A stretch of DNA of 63,669 nucleotides, counting the filler, from Dugesia japonica (lineage: Eukaryota), in the NCBI GenBank assembly GCA_001938525.1. It is 5 parts of 5 records of this genome, joined end to end, with 100 filler letters (N's around TTAATTAATTAA, not from the genome) between each part and the next. Parts side by side here need not be neighbours in the genome. Positions count along the whole stretch, not along the records: positions 14,106 to 32,108 come from MQRL01646236.1; positions 32,209 to 46,137 come from MQRL01606933.1; 3 more parts are not named here. One strand, given 5' to 3'. The translations under genes and the position numbers were made by a program. Below are positions 26,393 through 40,883 of this stretch, piece by piece (the stretch's first letter is position 1; every line of letters starts with the position of its first letter). The notes beneath the pieces are model-generated. The model searched no databases. It saw only the letters and a list, made by a program, of their open reading frames with translations, and was not told the DNA's origin.

Positions 26393-26584
26393 CACTCATC
26401 CCTCGCTTTACAGAATGGTTCCGTTCCCGAAAAGTTCTTCGTAAATCGAAATTTTATTCCTTAAACAGAGGCAATTTTTTAATTTCGTAATAGCGAAATT
26501 CCGTATAAAGAGTTTCCGTTAAGCGATTCGATTTACGGACAACTTTTTGGGAACGGAACCCTTTCGTAAGACGAGGGATGAGTG
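26393..26584. mobile_element. MITE (Tc1/mariner-pogo type) with ~70-bp imperfect TIRs
   Basis: CACTCATCCCTCG...ggttccgttccc..cgtaaatcgaa mirrored by ttcgatttacg..gggaacggaacc..CGAGGGATGAGTG. Flanks TG/TA. Confidence 0.85.
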
Positions 26585-26780
26585 TATTTGGAAGTGAACT
26601 AGTTTAACTAAATTAAATATGAAATACATTATTTAAGAGATATCCACCAATTACATCATGCACTTAGGGGATAAATATGTTCGTAATTAGGTATGACGAC
26701 AGATATGTAGGACTCATGAAGTTTGTAGTCACATCTGAATTTTTTATCAATTTAATAGTGGTATTATTAAATATTATTTA

Positions 26781-28205
26781 TTAGATAACCAAGAAAGTTC
26801 ATTCGGTTTCTCTATATACATAGAATAACAAATCATAAGTTATTGTATAAATATATTTAAATATCAACATGATAATATTTTGAAAATTTTATTTCAACTT
26901 TTTGAAATTTGTTTAATTTTATCGTTTCCCAGATAAAATTGACCACTTTTTAAAATCCAATATGTCCATTGATTCTATATTATTAGAGCATGTTTGCTAT
27001 ACGAGTTTTAGCACTGATCCAATACCATAGAGGCATGTCGTGGGGTATGTCTAGCCTTTGGAGATAATATCCTGACAGAAAAACCTGTCCAAAAGTGGTT
27101 TGCAAATGTCATGAAAGGTAATAAATTACTTGAAAATGCACCACTTTCCGGGAGACTATAAAAGATCAATGATGACTATTTAATAGAAAATATTGAAAAG
27201 AATTCAAGTTTAACATATAAAGACTTAGCTGGAATACTTGATGTAAACAATGAATTATATTTTACGCATAATAATGCATTTGGAAAAAGATGGAAGCTAA
27301 ACAAGTGGGTACCATATTCATTAACAAAAGAATAATCACGATGTATAAATTAATGCTGCTCTTTCCATCTGTCACGTCAACAAATATCACCATTTTTAAA
27401 TTTGTTATTAACCTCTAATGAAAAATGGATTTACTTAAACAATAACAGAAGAAGTCATCACTGAATATTAGCAATGAATGCCGTTCCATACACACCAAAG
27501 ACATCAATTCATTCTTCGAAGATCATGGTTTGTGTATAGTGGAATGTAAGTGATGTTATTCACTAAAAATTTCTAGAAAAGAGTCAAACATTAACTGCTG
27601 ACTTGTATATGACGCAAGTGGAAGGTGTGAAAGATAGGATGCTTCAAAATCAACCTAGTCTTATCAATAGAAAGAAAGTTGTGCTGATCCATGATAATGC
27701 AACGCCTCATATAACAAAAGTCACCGAAGAAAAAATCTGTGAAGTTCTGCCACATCCAAATATTTCTCTAATTGACTTCCACAGATAATTTTGGCCATAG
27801 ATAATCATATCGAACAAAAAATCTTCAAAAATTGACAGGAGGTTGAATTGGATTCAAGAAATTTTTAAAAAAGGGATTTATAAACTGTTATCTTGTTGGA
27901 AAAGTGTGATAGAATGTAAAGGAAATCATTTTAATGAATAAACTTTTATTTAGTTTCATTTTTAGCATTCTTATTTGAATTTTATAATTACAATTATTGT
28001 GAGAATAATTGTTGGACTTAACCATTGATCGGATTTGAGATTTCATTAAAATAAGATAAGGCTTCGATCAAAACAAAACAAAATTTATTTGTAAAACAAA
28101 TAAATTTTGTTTTGTTTTGATCGAAGCCTTATCTTATTTTAATGAAATTCTTATTTGACTTTATTATTTTGATTTGAAAACCAAACAACTTTCTTGATTA
28201 CCTAA
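26781..28205 (+). mobile_element. Full-length decayed mariner transposon
   Basis: TA-flanked TIRs TTAGATAACCAAGAAAGTT / AACTTTCTTGATTACCTAA. Transposase motifs CLLYEF, KWVPY, SNEKWIY, HDNATPH, LPHP. Many stops. Confidence 0.9.
27979..28146 (+). mobile_element. Short Penelope-like 3'-end insertion with terminal hairpin and 12-bp TSD
   Basis: ATTCTTATTTGA at 27967-27978 and 28147-28158. Sequence matches the PLE tail at 48580-48660. Near-perfect ~53-bp-arm palindrome. Confidence 0.75.
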
Positions 28206-29038
28206 TAAAAATCAGGATATTATAGAATTCATATATTTTTTGGATGGTTGAAATTCTGTCCAAACTCTCACGTTTAAATATTAATTTTTTCATGTTTTAA
28301 ACATTCTTATTATTACAGAGTTAAAGATAAATTCATTTTTTAAAACCGAACTTAATTATAAATATATAAATGTTTTAAAAGAAATTTAGTTAAATTTAGA
28401 TTTTAAAATTTTTTTTTTAGGAAATATAATACAGATTTTTCTGAAGAATCTTTGTAACATCATATTGGGAAGGGAGTCAGACAATATGTTATGAATTGTG
28501 ACGAGAGAGTGGTTGGTGTCCAAAAATCTACCATAATTCCGTGATGCCATTTATGGATGGCACCTTAATTCTGATCAGAGTTAAACAAATTTTAGAACAC
28601 GTAGATAATAATGGTAAAAACTGAATTCCATATTGATTGAATTCTCTATTTGCACAGTTTTTATAGGTTTTATAAATTTTAATTTCAAATGCATTTAACA
28701 AAAGCAATGAATACAAATTATTGCTAAAGTATTTGACAACATCTGATTATTCAAAGGAAAATTATGAAAATTAAAAAAATATAATACAGTCAACATCATA
28801 ATACAGTATAAAGCACATTTCTAAACATTTCACATTTTATTAAAAACATATTGGTTTATATCTTATTTTTATTCAAATTATCTGAGATTATTTTAAAAGA
28901 TTATTGAAATGTATATTTTTATAAAATATCGGATGTGTATTTTTTTTGAAAAATAGATATTTTTAAATAAAATTTATATTCTCATATATGGAATAAAATA
29001 GATCAAGACAAAATAACTCCATCGAAAAAGCCAAAGAC

Positions 29039-29039
29039 A

Positions 29040-29098
<59 letters not shown>

Positions 29099-29113
29099 AA
29101 TAATAATAATAAT
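29039..29113. repeat. (ATT)n/(AAT)n microsatellite
   Basis: Direct observation; strand polarity flips at ~29097. Confidence 0.9.
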
Positions 29114-31899
29114 NNNNNNNNNNNNNNNNNNNNNNNNNNNNNNNNNNNNNNNNNNNNNNNNNNNNNNNNNNNNNNNNNNNNNNAATAAATAATAGTTATT
29201 ATAATATATTATAATAATAACTGTAATAATTATAATACTACTACTACTAATAAAATTTTTATTATATAAGCTATTTTGTAATAGACTATTTGGTCTTGGG
29301 CTATTTTGAGGGGTCACCGGAATGCTGTAATAGCATTAATCTTTCATTTTTAGACAAAAATTTTGTGTAATATCTAAAATAGTATGTTTTATGTAATAAT
29401 TAAAAACTAATTGCTTTTATTGATCATCTTTTATAATATAGAGAAGCGCATTAAATTTCTTAACTTAGAAAAATCTGCATTTGATATCGAAGTGATCCTA
29501 TTTTGTAACTGTAATATATGTTAAATAATGAGTTTGTTAAGTTAAAGTTTTGATTAATACGAAAGATACAAGTTTTCTAAATTTGGAATATTTATTTTAC
29601 ATTATAATGATAATTATTTATCAAATTACGTGATTCAGCTCAAAGATTCTGAGTAATTTATATTCAAACAATGATTAATAATTAAAAAAATAACAGTGGT
29701 GTAGAAAAATATCAAACAGAAATATGGATTTTCTGGTAATCCTTATTTCAAATTATTAAAAGTAAAATAAATTATTAATTTGATTTTCAATAATTGATTT
29801 GAAAAACATCAGTACGTGTGCTTTTCGTGGTAAAGAAATCAATTGCAATTAAAATTCACTCAATTTTTCTAATTACTTGTTTTATAATTAATTTCAAAAG
29901 ATAATTCATAACTTTGGCTAAAAATATTACGAATTCTTGCAAATTTAACATTAAATTAGAATCGTAAAATATTCAAAATTGGAATAATTCAATAAATTTA
30001 TTTAATTTTACGTTTCAGTCGATTTAATTATAACCTTTTTATAATTTAAAACCGTATAATATAATATAATATAATATATAAAATAATACAATATAATATA
30101 ATATAATATAATATAGTATCATAAATTGTAATATAATAAAATTCAATATATAATATTATTTATGTATTATTATAACATGATTACATTATTATAGAAAATA
30201 TTTGATTAATAATTGTGGATCAACATTAAAAAATTAAATTCACACATTTATTTTAATAAATAATATAAAATTTACCAATTATAAACTCTCCTACAAAAAT
30301 ATTATTTAGAAAATTAAATTTGCATTTTTAAAAGCAGTTTATAGTAAGCTCTTTTATTTCACTTTTATCACTATTTAAACCCGTCTAATGAATAGAATAA
30401 AATCATATTTTAAAGTTTGCTTATNTTCGATAGATATTAGTAATTATTTTATTTTGATTTGTAGATTATTCTATTTCTAAAAATATCAAGGTATGAAATA
30501 AATCCGGAAAAACAAACGAATTTCTTAATCTAACTAGTTTAATTTTACTTTTCAGAATCATAACAATAATATAAATATAAATTTAATCTGACCAACCTTT
30601 AAATAAATTATTGTTTTGAAATTTATCTGATATAAATTTACAAATCTATTAGCAGAAATGAAAAGTAAAGCGCCTTGGTTAGGTTTTATCTATTTCTGTG
30701 TGTCATGTTACAAATTTATGACGATTTGTATGTGTGTGCATTTGTTGGATTATTATTTCGATTGATTAAAACAACAATTAGAAAACAGTTTTTTTTAGTT
30801 TATTACATAGAATCTAAATTTCGATAGTGTGTGCATGAGCTTTTCGTACAATACAATTACATCAAAATAACTATTTACATTCAATGTTAAAAGTATCCCT
30901 GCCAGTGCAATGAATCGCCTGACTTCTGATAGAGATACGACAACAATAACAAAAACAATACCAGATTTACGACACGGAAATCTGAACGATACTATGTCGC
31001 AGTGTCGAATTTCATCCAGAATTGAAACGTCTTCATAATTGAAACGTCTTGTTTAACTAGTGGATACTAAGTGGCTGAGACCAAATTTCTCTCGTTGTAA
31101 CAAAAGCTTCAACTGTACTGGAAATTAGAATTATATATTGCTCTCTGTTTTTATTTTTTTTACACTTAAAACAATAAGAAAACGTCATACGGCGTTTAAC
31201 TAGAAACCAATTTTAAAATTCACTGTATCAAAATATTTGTTATAAATTATGCTTGAAGTAATTCTAAAATGTATCATCTTTTGGTGTTATATATCACCCT
31301 ATTATTTTAGTTTTGCTATAATTGTGTTTATGAAAAAATACTGCATTTTTAAAATTTAAAGGTCTTTCATGTAAGAAATCACAAAAAATTATAATAAATT
31401 TTTTGAAATATAATCAAAGTTGCAAAATTTATTCTGACAGCCTAATAGTATTGTTATTTTGTGTATAATTGCTAGTGTTGAAGGCAATTTGATACTCGAT
31501 AAATAGTTTTGGTAGCAGCAAATGTCTCTGAATTAAATAGCAACTCGGACTTATTTACTAACTCTAAAATTATTGAATTACATTAAAAATTGTTAATTAG
31601 TATTAACAAAATTATCAATAAAATAAAATATCAAAATAAAATAATTTAAATAAATTAAATCCATAAAATAAATATTTAATTAGTATCATTTAATTAGTAT
31701 TTAGATAATAAATAACATGTATATGGAGTTTTATTATATTCATAGCAAAATAAGTATATTATTTCTAACAGTTTTTATCAAAACCCCATTCAATTTATAA
31801 TAAATAGATAATATGAAATTTATAAGGGAATAAAATATTAGGACTATTAGGTAATTTTAGAAAAGCATAAATTATTTTAATGTTTTATAATATTTCAAA

Positions 31900-32108
31900 A
31901 AAATTAATTATATTCCCAATACCTCTGAGTTTCTAGATGATATTATAATCTATTCACCTCCGACATAAGATCATATTGAAACTTGAAAAATGTAAGGAAA
32001 GTGTTATGGGTAACCGGTCTTACAGTAACCAGTGATATAGCTAAACCAAACGGCATCCTATTGAACTTCAACTGGACTTCTTTTCTCCGCAAAACCCACT
32101 TGGTAATA
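31900..32108 (-). mobile_element. Gypsy reverse-transcriptase fragment
   Basis: YYQV followed (frameshifted) by KFNRMPFGLA, the Ty3/Gypsy RT motif. Confidence 0.55.
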
Positions 32109-32208
32109 NNNNNNNNNNNNNNNNNNNNNNNNNNNNNNNNNNNNNNNNNNNNTTAATTAATTAANNNNNNNNNNNNNNNNNNNNNNNNNNNNNNNNNNNN
32201 NNNNNNNN
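32109..32208. other. Artificial contig linker
   Basis: 44N-TTAATTAATTAA-44N. Confidence 0.95.
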
Positions 32209-32233
32209 AAGAATTTTCAAAAAAAAGAATTAT

Positions 32234-32283
32234 TATTGTATCCGAAGATGACAGTTATGCTGTCGGAACATGTAATGCAGAAA
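32234..32283 (+). ncRNA. Degenerate minimal type I hammerhead ribozyme (Penelope-type)
   Basis: ttgtat-CcGAAGA-T-GACAG ttatg CTGTC-GgAA-CATG-TA-atgcag. Stems I and II and palindromic stem III are present, with two core substitutions. Confidence 0.6.
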
Positions 32284-33489
32284 TATATATTGAAATGGCG
32301 TTTAAAAGTTTTTATTAAAAGATTGCCATTGTTCTTTGATTATATACAAATAAGTAATATTAATAATTGTTCAAAAATATGAATTTATTTATTTTCATAA
32401 ATTTAATGGATTATGATATGATCACACCCAAATGCTATTTATAACTAAATACTTAAGATTGATAAGTATTTATAAAATTATTGGACATAACATAATATGG
32501 AAAACGTGGTAGAAAAAAAATTAACAAAGTGTCTAATGTAAATATCGAACCACTTAGTCGAAGTTCAATCACATTGCTGTCCAGAAATTATTAGTACATA
32601 GTTGATCATGTGACTACAACGTGACACAAATTAACTTGTTAGTCGATATAAGAACTTGAAAAAAGTTATGACTCATTCAAAAAACTTTCAATTTTAATGA
32701 AAATATAAATCACACACACAAAATATTATTATTGTCGAAAATTTCATAATCTAAATTTAACACCAAATAAATTCCAACTTGTAAAATAAAAATAACTGAT
32801 AAAAAATATCTTACTTTTTTTATTTGTTGGGTATTGCAAATATGATAGAATTGATATTTTGATAATATAAAGATTAATATAAATTCAATAATAAACCCGA
32901 TTATTAGTGTTGTATATGTGAACTAAGGTAAGTTTTAAACATTTTGAAATACACAGAAGAAATACAAATTAATTTAGTTCATATAATATATTCACGGTGG
33001 GCAAGAAATTTTGTTAATGGAACTCAACGTTCTTTAAAAAATTAAAGAGCAAAAAATATTTCGGATCACCATAATTTTATACTAGTTCAAGGTATAGAAT
33101 CATATTGATTCAAGTGTTTTGAAAATTTATAATAAATATCTTGATTCNNNNNNNNNNNNNNNNNNNNNNNNNNNNNNNNNNNNNNNNNNNNNNNNNNNNN
33201 NNNNNNNNNNNNNNNNNNNNNNNNNNNNNNNNNNNNNNNNNNNNNNTAATCGCATGAATAGTTAAAATAATTAGTAGAAAATAAGTAATATAATGGTATA
33301 CTTAATTTTACAAAATTTCCACAAAATATCTTGAAAAGTCACTTTGCCAACCCCTGGTATATGTAATTGATAATCAATATAATCAATATGTTAATTGGTA
33401 ATGGAATTATTATCAACAGTCAATAATTTACTTATTATTAAATTAATTACAACAGTAAAGAATATTAAATAATTATTTAATTACATATA

Positions 33490-34430
33490 TCTAAATTCAA
33501 TGCAATGCCTAGAAAATATCAATTGATCGAACAATCGAAAACACCTGATTTCAAAATAGACATGGGACAAATCAAGGTTACTTTTACATTAGAGAAAAAC
33601 GTGATTTCAGAAATTCATAAATTAAATCAGTTAATCCATTTATTTATTAGTGAAAAATGAATGTCATTAAATAAACTATGAGTAATATATATTGAAAATA
33701 ACAAAAAATTTCAAATTATGTACAGTGAGTCATTTCTGAGATTTTGTATTTTGTATTGAATTTCATTTTTTGATATAGTATGACAAAATAAAAGTAATTT
33801 ATACTAAGTTTTGTAATAAATATCTTTGAATTTTCGATTAAATATATTTATGAATTAAAACTTAACAGTTAAGAATTGTAAATTAATTTTTAATAAAATC
33901 TTAATAGGCTGGAATTTGATTGAATTTCAAAACTTCAAGACTCATTAGAAATAGGTCTACACATCTATTCTTCCTTCTAATAATAAATATTAAACTGATT
34001 TTAATATTAATATAAAGAAGACAAATAAAATGAAAAACGCTTGAATTATTGAAACAAATATATTATTGAAACAAATTTATTATTGAAGCTAGACCAACAA
34101 TTCAAATCATGTGTGGAATAGTTACCAAACAATATGAACTACTTAATGTCCATTAATTTCATGTGAAATCGCACAAAATTATTACAAAACAAATAAGAAC
34201 ACAAAATGTAATGCCTAGAAAATATTAATTGATCGAACAATCGAAAACATCTGATTCCAAAATAGACATTAGGCAATGACTAATTGCAAATCAAGGTTAC
34301 TTTTACATGACAAATTGCATTACATAAAAACGTGATTTCAGAAATTTATAAACAACTGATACCTTGTTTATTATTTATTTGTTAACATAAAATGAATGTA
34401 TTTAAATAAATTATATGTAAAAAATATTGA
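33490..34430. repeat. Diverged ~200-bp direct duplication (33490-33700 and 34205-34430)
   Basis: Both copies start aatgcctagaaaatat.aattgatcgaacaatcgaaaaca and share caaatcaaggttacttttacat and cgtgatttcagaaatt. Confidence 0.75.
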
Positions 34431-36136
34431 AGAAAAGCAAATCCCTCCTAACAAAAATGTAAGATTCAATTTAATATGATATAGATAAAGTAAATGAATT
34501 ATTTTGTATTTTTTCAAATCAAAACAATAAAACTAAAAATATAATTCCAATGTTACTGATGTAAAAGTTTTATAATCTCAAATAAAATGACAATTGTATC
34601 AATGTAACTACTCGTAAAACTTTTAAACATTACCAAAAAATCCATAAAATGTACGATTACTACAATTTATTTAATAAGAAAAACCTATTTAAATTGCACG
34701 ATAATTCCATTTTTTTAAAAAGTCATTTTGGATTTTCCTAATTATAAAATAATAGAAATTCTTGAATACAAAACTATAAAAAACCTTGTAGAAAATAAGT
34801 TTTAAACAAAAATTATTTGAGTGTAAGCAGAAACACTCGTTGACGTTTGAATAGTTGAATCAATAACACTAAGTTTTATCCATAAACAATTATTAATTTG
34901 AAAAGATAAATAAATTGTTACTTACCTGTTGTTGTTAACTTTCATTGTTAACTTACCTAATTTTTCAATTTTAAAAATTCATGAATTAATCTTTAAAAAA
35001 TTAAAATTAATTTGTTTAAATTAATTAATTTTTCATTAAATTAAAAGCTTCGATTAAAATATTTTTTTTCTTTTTTTTTGTATTTATTTTTTTAATTTCT
35101 TGGTAGTATCACGAATTTTCGATTTTGTCTTTGTCAGGAATTGGCTTTGGAAAAAAAGAAAGAGAATATTTTGATCGAATCTTTTAGTTTAATAAAATCT
35201 CAAATATGTCCAACAATTATTCTAGCAATAACTGTAATTGTATAATTAATTTTTGTCAACAAAAATAATTTGAAAAATAAAAATCCCTTATCGAAAGAAT
35301 TAACGAAAATAAAATACACAAAAAATAATAAGTAGAAATTCAATCATAAAACTTCCAATGGACAAAAACAAAATTATTTAAATATCAGATAACACAAAAT
35401 AAAAATAGACAAAATAAACCTAGGTGATTCATATACAACCAGAAAATATAAAATAAACAATTGGAATTACGAAATCTGTTCAATTACACAATGAAAAAAT
35501 GATGAAAATCGAAATTTACACGTTTATATTGTGAAAAATTTCCATGTCCAACAAGAAATTAAAGATTTTTTTTTATTTACGATTATTAATTTATTTAATT
35601 CTGAGAAAATTGAAAATTAATGGGGAAAAAATTGAGACAAACTGTTAAAACCAAATTTTTTGAATTTAAAATTTAAAAACTTAAAAGTTTAATTTTAAAA
35701 GAATTAACTTAAAATTAAGGATTTCTAGTGATAATTGTTAACCCAATAAAACGATTTCGACGTTCTTGCAAATTTTGATGTAAGATTTATTTTCTATTAA
35801 CTCATTCAATTTCGATTAAATTATTCAGAAGAATCCAAATATAATCTGTTTGTAACATTTGTACACGATTTTTTTCCAATGACATACTGTATATGATGCT
35901 CCTAATGATTATCTACGTTTATAGAACCAGTTCCTAGAAACTTGGGATTCCACTTTATCATTAACATAATTTTCCGTGATTTTATTTTTATTGTAAATTG
36001 TAGTTTGTTTAAACACACTATTTTTATTGTTGAAAAATAACATTTATTTGAAATTATTTCTTGTGCTTTACTAAAATTTGAGTAATTTTTTTATATCAGT
36101 AAATTTTATTTAAATCTTAGAGCTTTTAGAAATACA

Positions 36137-36526
36137 ATGCCAAGTAGACAGAAAAATAGCATTTTAAACATAACGCCAGATTACACAGCAATGAATGTCA
36201 AAGCTATTCTCAAAGAGATCAAAGTGGGGATTAACACCCCCCCGTCTTCTCCAGACCTAGCGCCAAGGATTACCATCTTTTCCGTTCATTATCGAAAAAA
36301 ATTATGTCTATTACCTTTAACAATGCAGATGATATAGAAAAACGACTCAACAAATGCTTCGGGAACAGACTTAGTGAATTCTGGCGTAATAGTATCGACA
36401 GTATGATGGAAAGATAGCATGTCATAAATAATGACAAAGATTACATTATTGAGAAACTTTTTATTATTGTATAATGAATGGTTTTAAAAAAAATGTTTTG
36501 AACTACTGTTTATAAATCACCCAATA
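36137..36526 (+). mobile_element. Mariner 3' fragment
   Basis: HNARLH, PPSSPDLAP motif, EFWRNSIDSMMER tail and a TIR-like end aatcacccaata. Confidence 0.75.
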
Positions 36527-37736
36527 AATATTGAAACAAGAGAAAAATAAAAATTAACTACAATGTTGAAAAGCAGGATATTTTCTCAAACTATCTGATT
36601 AAAGCAATTGTAATTTATTTCACAGAAAACTTGTTTATTTTTATGATTTTTATTAATTCATATTAATTTTTAAAAAAATGAACTTAATAGTTTAAGATAC
36701 TAATAAGGTAATAGTTAAACGAATCCTTGATTATCGTTTTTCGCGTGTATAACCAGCTGTTTTAAATAACGCACAATTGGTTTCGTTAAAATAATCACAA
36801 TTTTATAAATTATTGTATAGTTTGAGGGTTATACACGCAAAAATGCGAACTAATATTTTAGTGTCCCTAAAATCTTCGAATTCGAATTTTAAAAATATTT
36901 AAAAATAAAATAAATAAAAATATTTAAAAAATATATACATCAAGAACTCACTTTGCGACGTTTCGCATTACGACGATAAAAAAATCGGCTAAAAATTTTG
37001 CGCCGTTTCAAATGGCGTTAAAAAAACCAAACTATATCTGAAATCTTATATAAATATAAATAATTTTTTTACTTTTACTGTGTGTAGCTGAAACATTTCT
37101 TTAATGTCTAAATGTCAAACAACANAATTATATAAAAATGTAAATCCAAAATATGTATGTACAGTTTATTTTGATTTTTGTTAGCAATTATGTGTAAGAA
37201 TTTATATCACTTGATTTTAGTTTGATAAAAATTCTGTAAACGAAAACTTTGTTTTTAAAAATCGAACAAATGTTGCATCGTCCAATAAAAAATTTCCAAT
37301 AACGCTAGATTCTGATTTTTCATAAATATATGATTTTTATTTAATTTGAGGAAAATAAGATTTAATTGTTACGTCTTATTTTAATTTTAATGATTTTCAA
37401 CTTTAATATTCTATATAGAATAAATAAATTCATTAGAAACTATAAATTATTATTTTTTTTGGAACGGATCATTAATGTTTTAGTATATTTTCATAAAAAA
37501 AAGTTATTTCGAGTTGCGATGAATTTTTTNNNNNNNNNNNNNNNNNNNNNNNNNNNNNNNNNNNNNNNNNNNNNNNNNNNNNNNNNNNNNNNNNNNNNNN
37601 NNNNNNNNNNNNNNNNNNNNNNNNNNNNNNNNNNNNNNTTTCATTAATTTTCAATATTAAATAGCAGACTTGACTACTTTGAATTGTTGAAAAATTTTTA
37701 CTTTGATAAAATTAAATATCGAAACTGAACACGCAC

Positions 37737-37914
37737 TTTTTTAGGGGGATTCTGTCTATTATATTCTTCAGCCCATAGTTTTGATTCCATTTGTAATTTC
37801 ACATCTTCAAAGTAGACATCACGATTAACAATATTAATGTATTGTTTAGCAACATAATTCGAGGAGAAATTCCAATCATGGTTATTATTAACGCCTGTTG
37901 TTGAAAGTTTTTTT
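37737..37914 (-). CDS. eef2k: Eukaryotic elongation factor 2 kinase, coding exon 2
   Basis: ttacag|A AAA AAA CTT joins exon 1 as FRLKKLS. NYVAKQY..YFEDVKLQMESKLWAEEYNRQNPPKK|gtgcgt is the alpha-kinase signature. Confidence 0.92.
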
Positions 37915-38926
37915 CTGTAAAGAAAAATTAATGAAGAAATAAGTTTCCAAAACAAGTGTATACAAATCGAAATTATATAGATATAAACGTGTCATTAATT
38001 TAATGATATGATTTAATAAATTGAATAAATTATTACATGGTCAAAATAGAATATAATTAAAATTAACAATTTATTAACAGTTATCATATCTGTAAATCTA
38101 TTGCTCATAAATCAAGCTAATTAGTACAAGAATGTAGGTGATTATTTTCATTTATCATGTATCTGAAATATTCAAATTCTGAATAATTCAATAAAAATAG
38201 GAATTGTAAATCAATTTCTGGGAAATTAATTTATGAAATATATTTTAAGTTTAGTTGTTGACATATTTTGAATATATTATTAATTATATTTTGATTGTTT
38301 TCTTTTAGAAGAGATTCTATTACTTGAAACGTAAAACTATAATGTTAATATTCCAAATTATAAAATGGTGTAACTGTCATTCATAATAACAATTAGTTAG
38401 TGGATATAAGACGCCAAATGCTCTGCATCTGAATTATTATTGTTCTTGTCAATAAACATGTATCTAATATTTGCAATTACATTATTAATGAGCATAATAG
38501 TAGCCTTAAATTAATTATATCCATTAATCATTTTGAAATTTGTGCATTTTTTTANNNNNNNNNNNNNNNNNNNATTAAATGTCTTTAACTATTTTGAATT
38601 GTGGTCGAGTTCATTACATAATTGATTAAATAATTATACTTTTGAATTTATTAACTTTATTTCCAGAAATTCCTGATAATTGCGGTAATTCTATCGAAAT
38701 ATTATTTTACGAAATAACATTTTAAGTTATATTTTAAAAGATGCCTTATTTTTTCAGTTTTTTTTAATAATATTTATAATTGTTAAAGTGATATTATTAA
38801 GAGAATAAGTTTCCAATCAAAACTTAATTCATTAAAACAAATTGATTCTGTCAATGTCTTTCAAATTTTCTCTCAACTTTTTAACATCTAAATTGATCTT
38901 TTCCATATCTCAGTCTATTATTCATT

Positions 38927-39113
38927 ATTTAAACAAATTATTCATTATTTAAACAAATTATTCATTATTTAAACAAATTATTCATTATTTNNNNNNNNNN
39001 NNNNNNNNNNNNNNNNNNNNNNNNNNNNNNNNNNNNNNNNTTATTTAAACAAATTATTCATTATTTAAACAAATTATTCATTATTTAAACAAATTATTCA
39101 TTATTTAAACAAA
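38927..39113. repeat. 20-bp tandem repeat (ttattcattatttaaacaaa)n spanning a gap
   Basis: Perfect copies on both sides of an N run. Confidence 0.9.
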
Positions 39114-40883
39114 TGATTATTTATTTACTCAAAATTGTACACTATTTAAAACTACACTTTAATACGTAGTTTCTAGTAGATCCGTTTATTCTTTATCCTA
39201 AAAATTAAAAATAATAAAATCAATTAAGAAATTTAAACGCTAAAAATAACTTAGTTTTATTCTGGATAATATCCAAAATAAATTTATCATACTTTTACTT
39301 TCAAAGATACGCATTTTAAATTATAATAACATTTATAATAGCTATAAATATATCTATCAACTAATGTTAAATGTGAAGGTTTTTAAAATGTAGAAATTTT
39401 TGCTACGGTCCAATGTATTTTATTTTTAATTATAAATAAATTATAAATATTAACAATAATTTTGTTATTACAATGAAATTGAAATAAAATGATTTTGTAT
39501 TATATATTATTTTATCTATAAAGTATTTGTCAAGGTCAAATTACTATCTTTTTTTCAAAATAAAAATGAAATGTTTCAGAAACAAACCAAAACATTTATA
39601 AAAGATAAATAATGCAAATTGATTAATTAGTGAAATATAGATTAATTATAAATATTTTAATTAAAATAAAACATTTCTTATATTTAATGTTGATTTGTAA
39701 ATATTTAAAATCAAATTAAAACAATTATTTTTGAGAAACCTTACATTTTCAAATTATATTAAAATTAATAAACTTCAATCCATATCCAAAGATTGTTAAT
39801 TTTAAAATATTAATAAATCAAAATTATTTTCTTAATTGATTTTAATCTGAATTTTAATTACATTATTTGTGTAGAAAATATTCGTTTAGATATTTATTTT
39901 ATAAATTTACTTGCTATGATATATGAATATCAGTATTGTTAATTTAACGATTTGACTATAAAACATAAATATGTATCTATGGAATGCTATTGGTATAGAA
40001 TACGAGGTCTTGTATCTGTTTTCATAATCATAATTGCGAGCCAAGCGCCGCATATGTAAAACACTTCTACTAAGAGTATTCGACAGTCGAATATCTAATT
40101 AGGTCATATAGCAAAATCTATGGGCCTGTATAGAAAATTCTTTTAAGATTGGTAAAGTTTGGGATCGTACAAAAAATGAAGTCTTTGTTTATTCATACTT
40201 ATGATGTGAAACATAATCCGAAAACAGTAAATAATATTTGTTTTTAACAATAACTAATAAATTGAAAAACATCAATTTTATTATGTTATTTTCTATGACT
40301 GAAATTCAAAATAATTAACCAATAATGAACATGCATTTCTAAATTTATGCAAGAAATATGATTATTTACTTCAATTTGAATATTGCATTTAGAATATTTT
40401 AATGATTATTGTGTATTTTAAAACAATAAATGCCAAAAAAATTATTTACCATTTATTATTTATTAATCTCTTTGTTAATTATTTTACGTAATTAAAAAGA
40501 AAAACAAATTTTTCAAGGCGTAATTATTTTTCTTAATGAAAATTTTAAGTTCAGCATTTCCTTGACTACCAATTATACTTGAATTTCAATTGTCTGTTTT
40601 AATAAAAGAAAACTCGTTTCTAAATAAACGGAATCATTTGTTGTGAAAATTTGACAAAACACTTGCACCTTAGCTACCCTGGCCACAGTTATTTAAAAAA
40701 AATTGTTACTACATTGCTGCTATAAATTTACTATTACTAATGCACTAATAACTCGATTTGTGTCGTTAATCGAGACCAGAAAATGAAAACGCAATTCAAA
40801 ATAACGTAAACAGAAAAATTTTAGTCGTATTTTAATTTTTCAATTTTTTTTAGAATATTTAAAATTTGTTTTTCTAGATTATT

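Noticed and set aside
29003-29317. Poly-Ile ORF
   Set aside because: Microsatellite plus N gap.
30982-31020. CTGAACGA-stem-GAAT motif
   Set aside because: Core is non-canonical and there is no PLE context.
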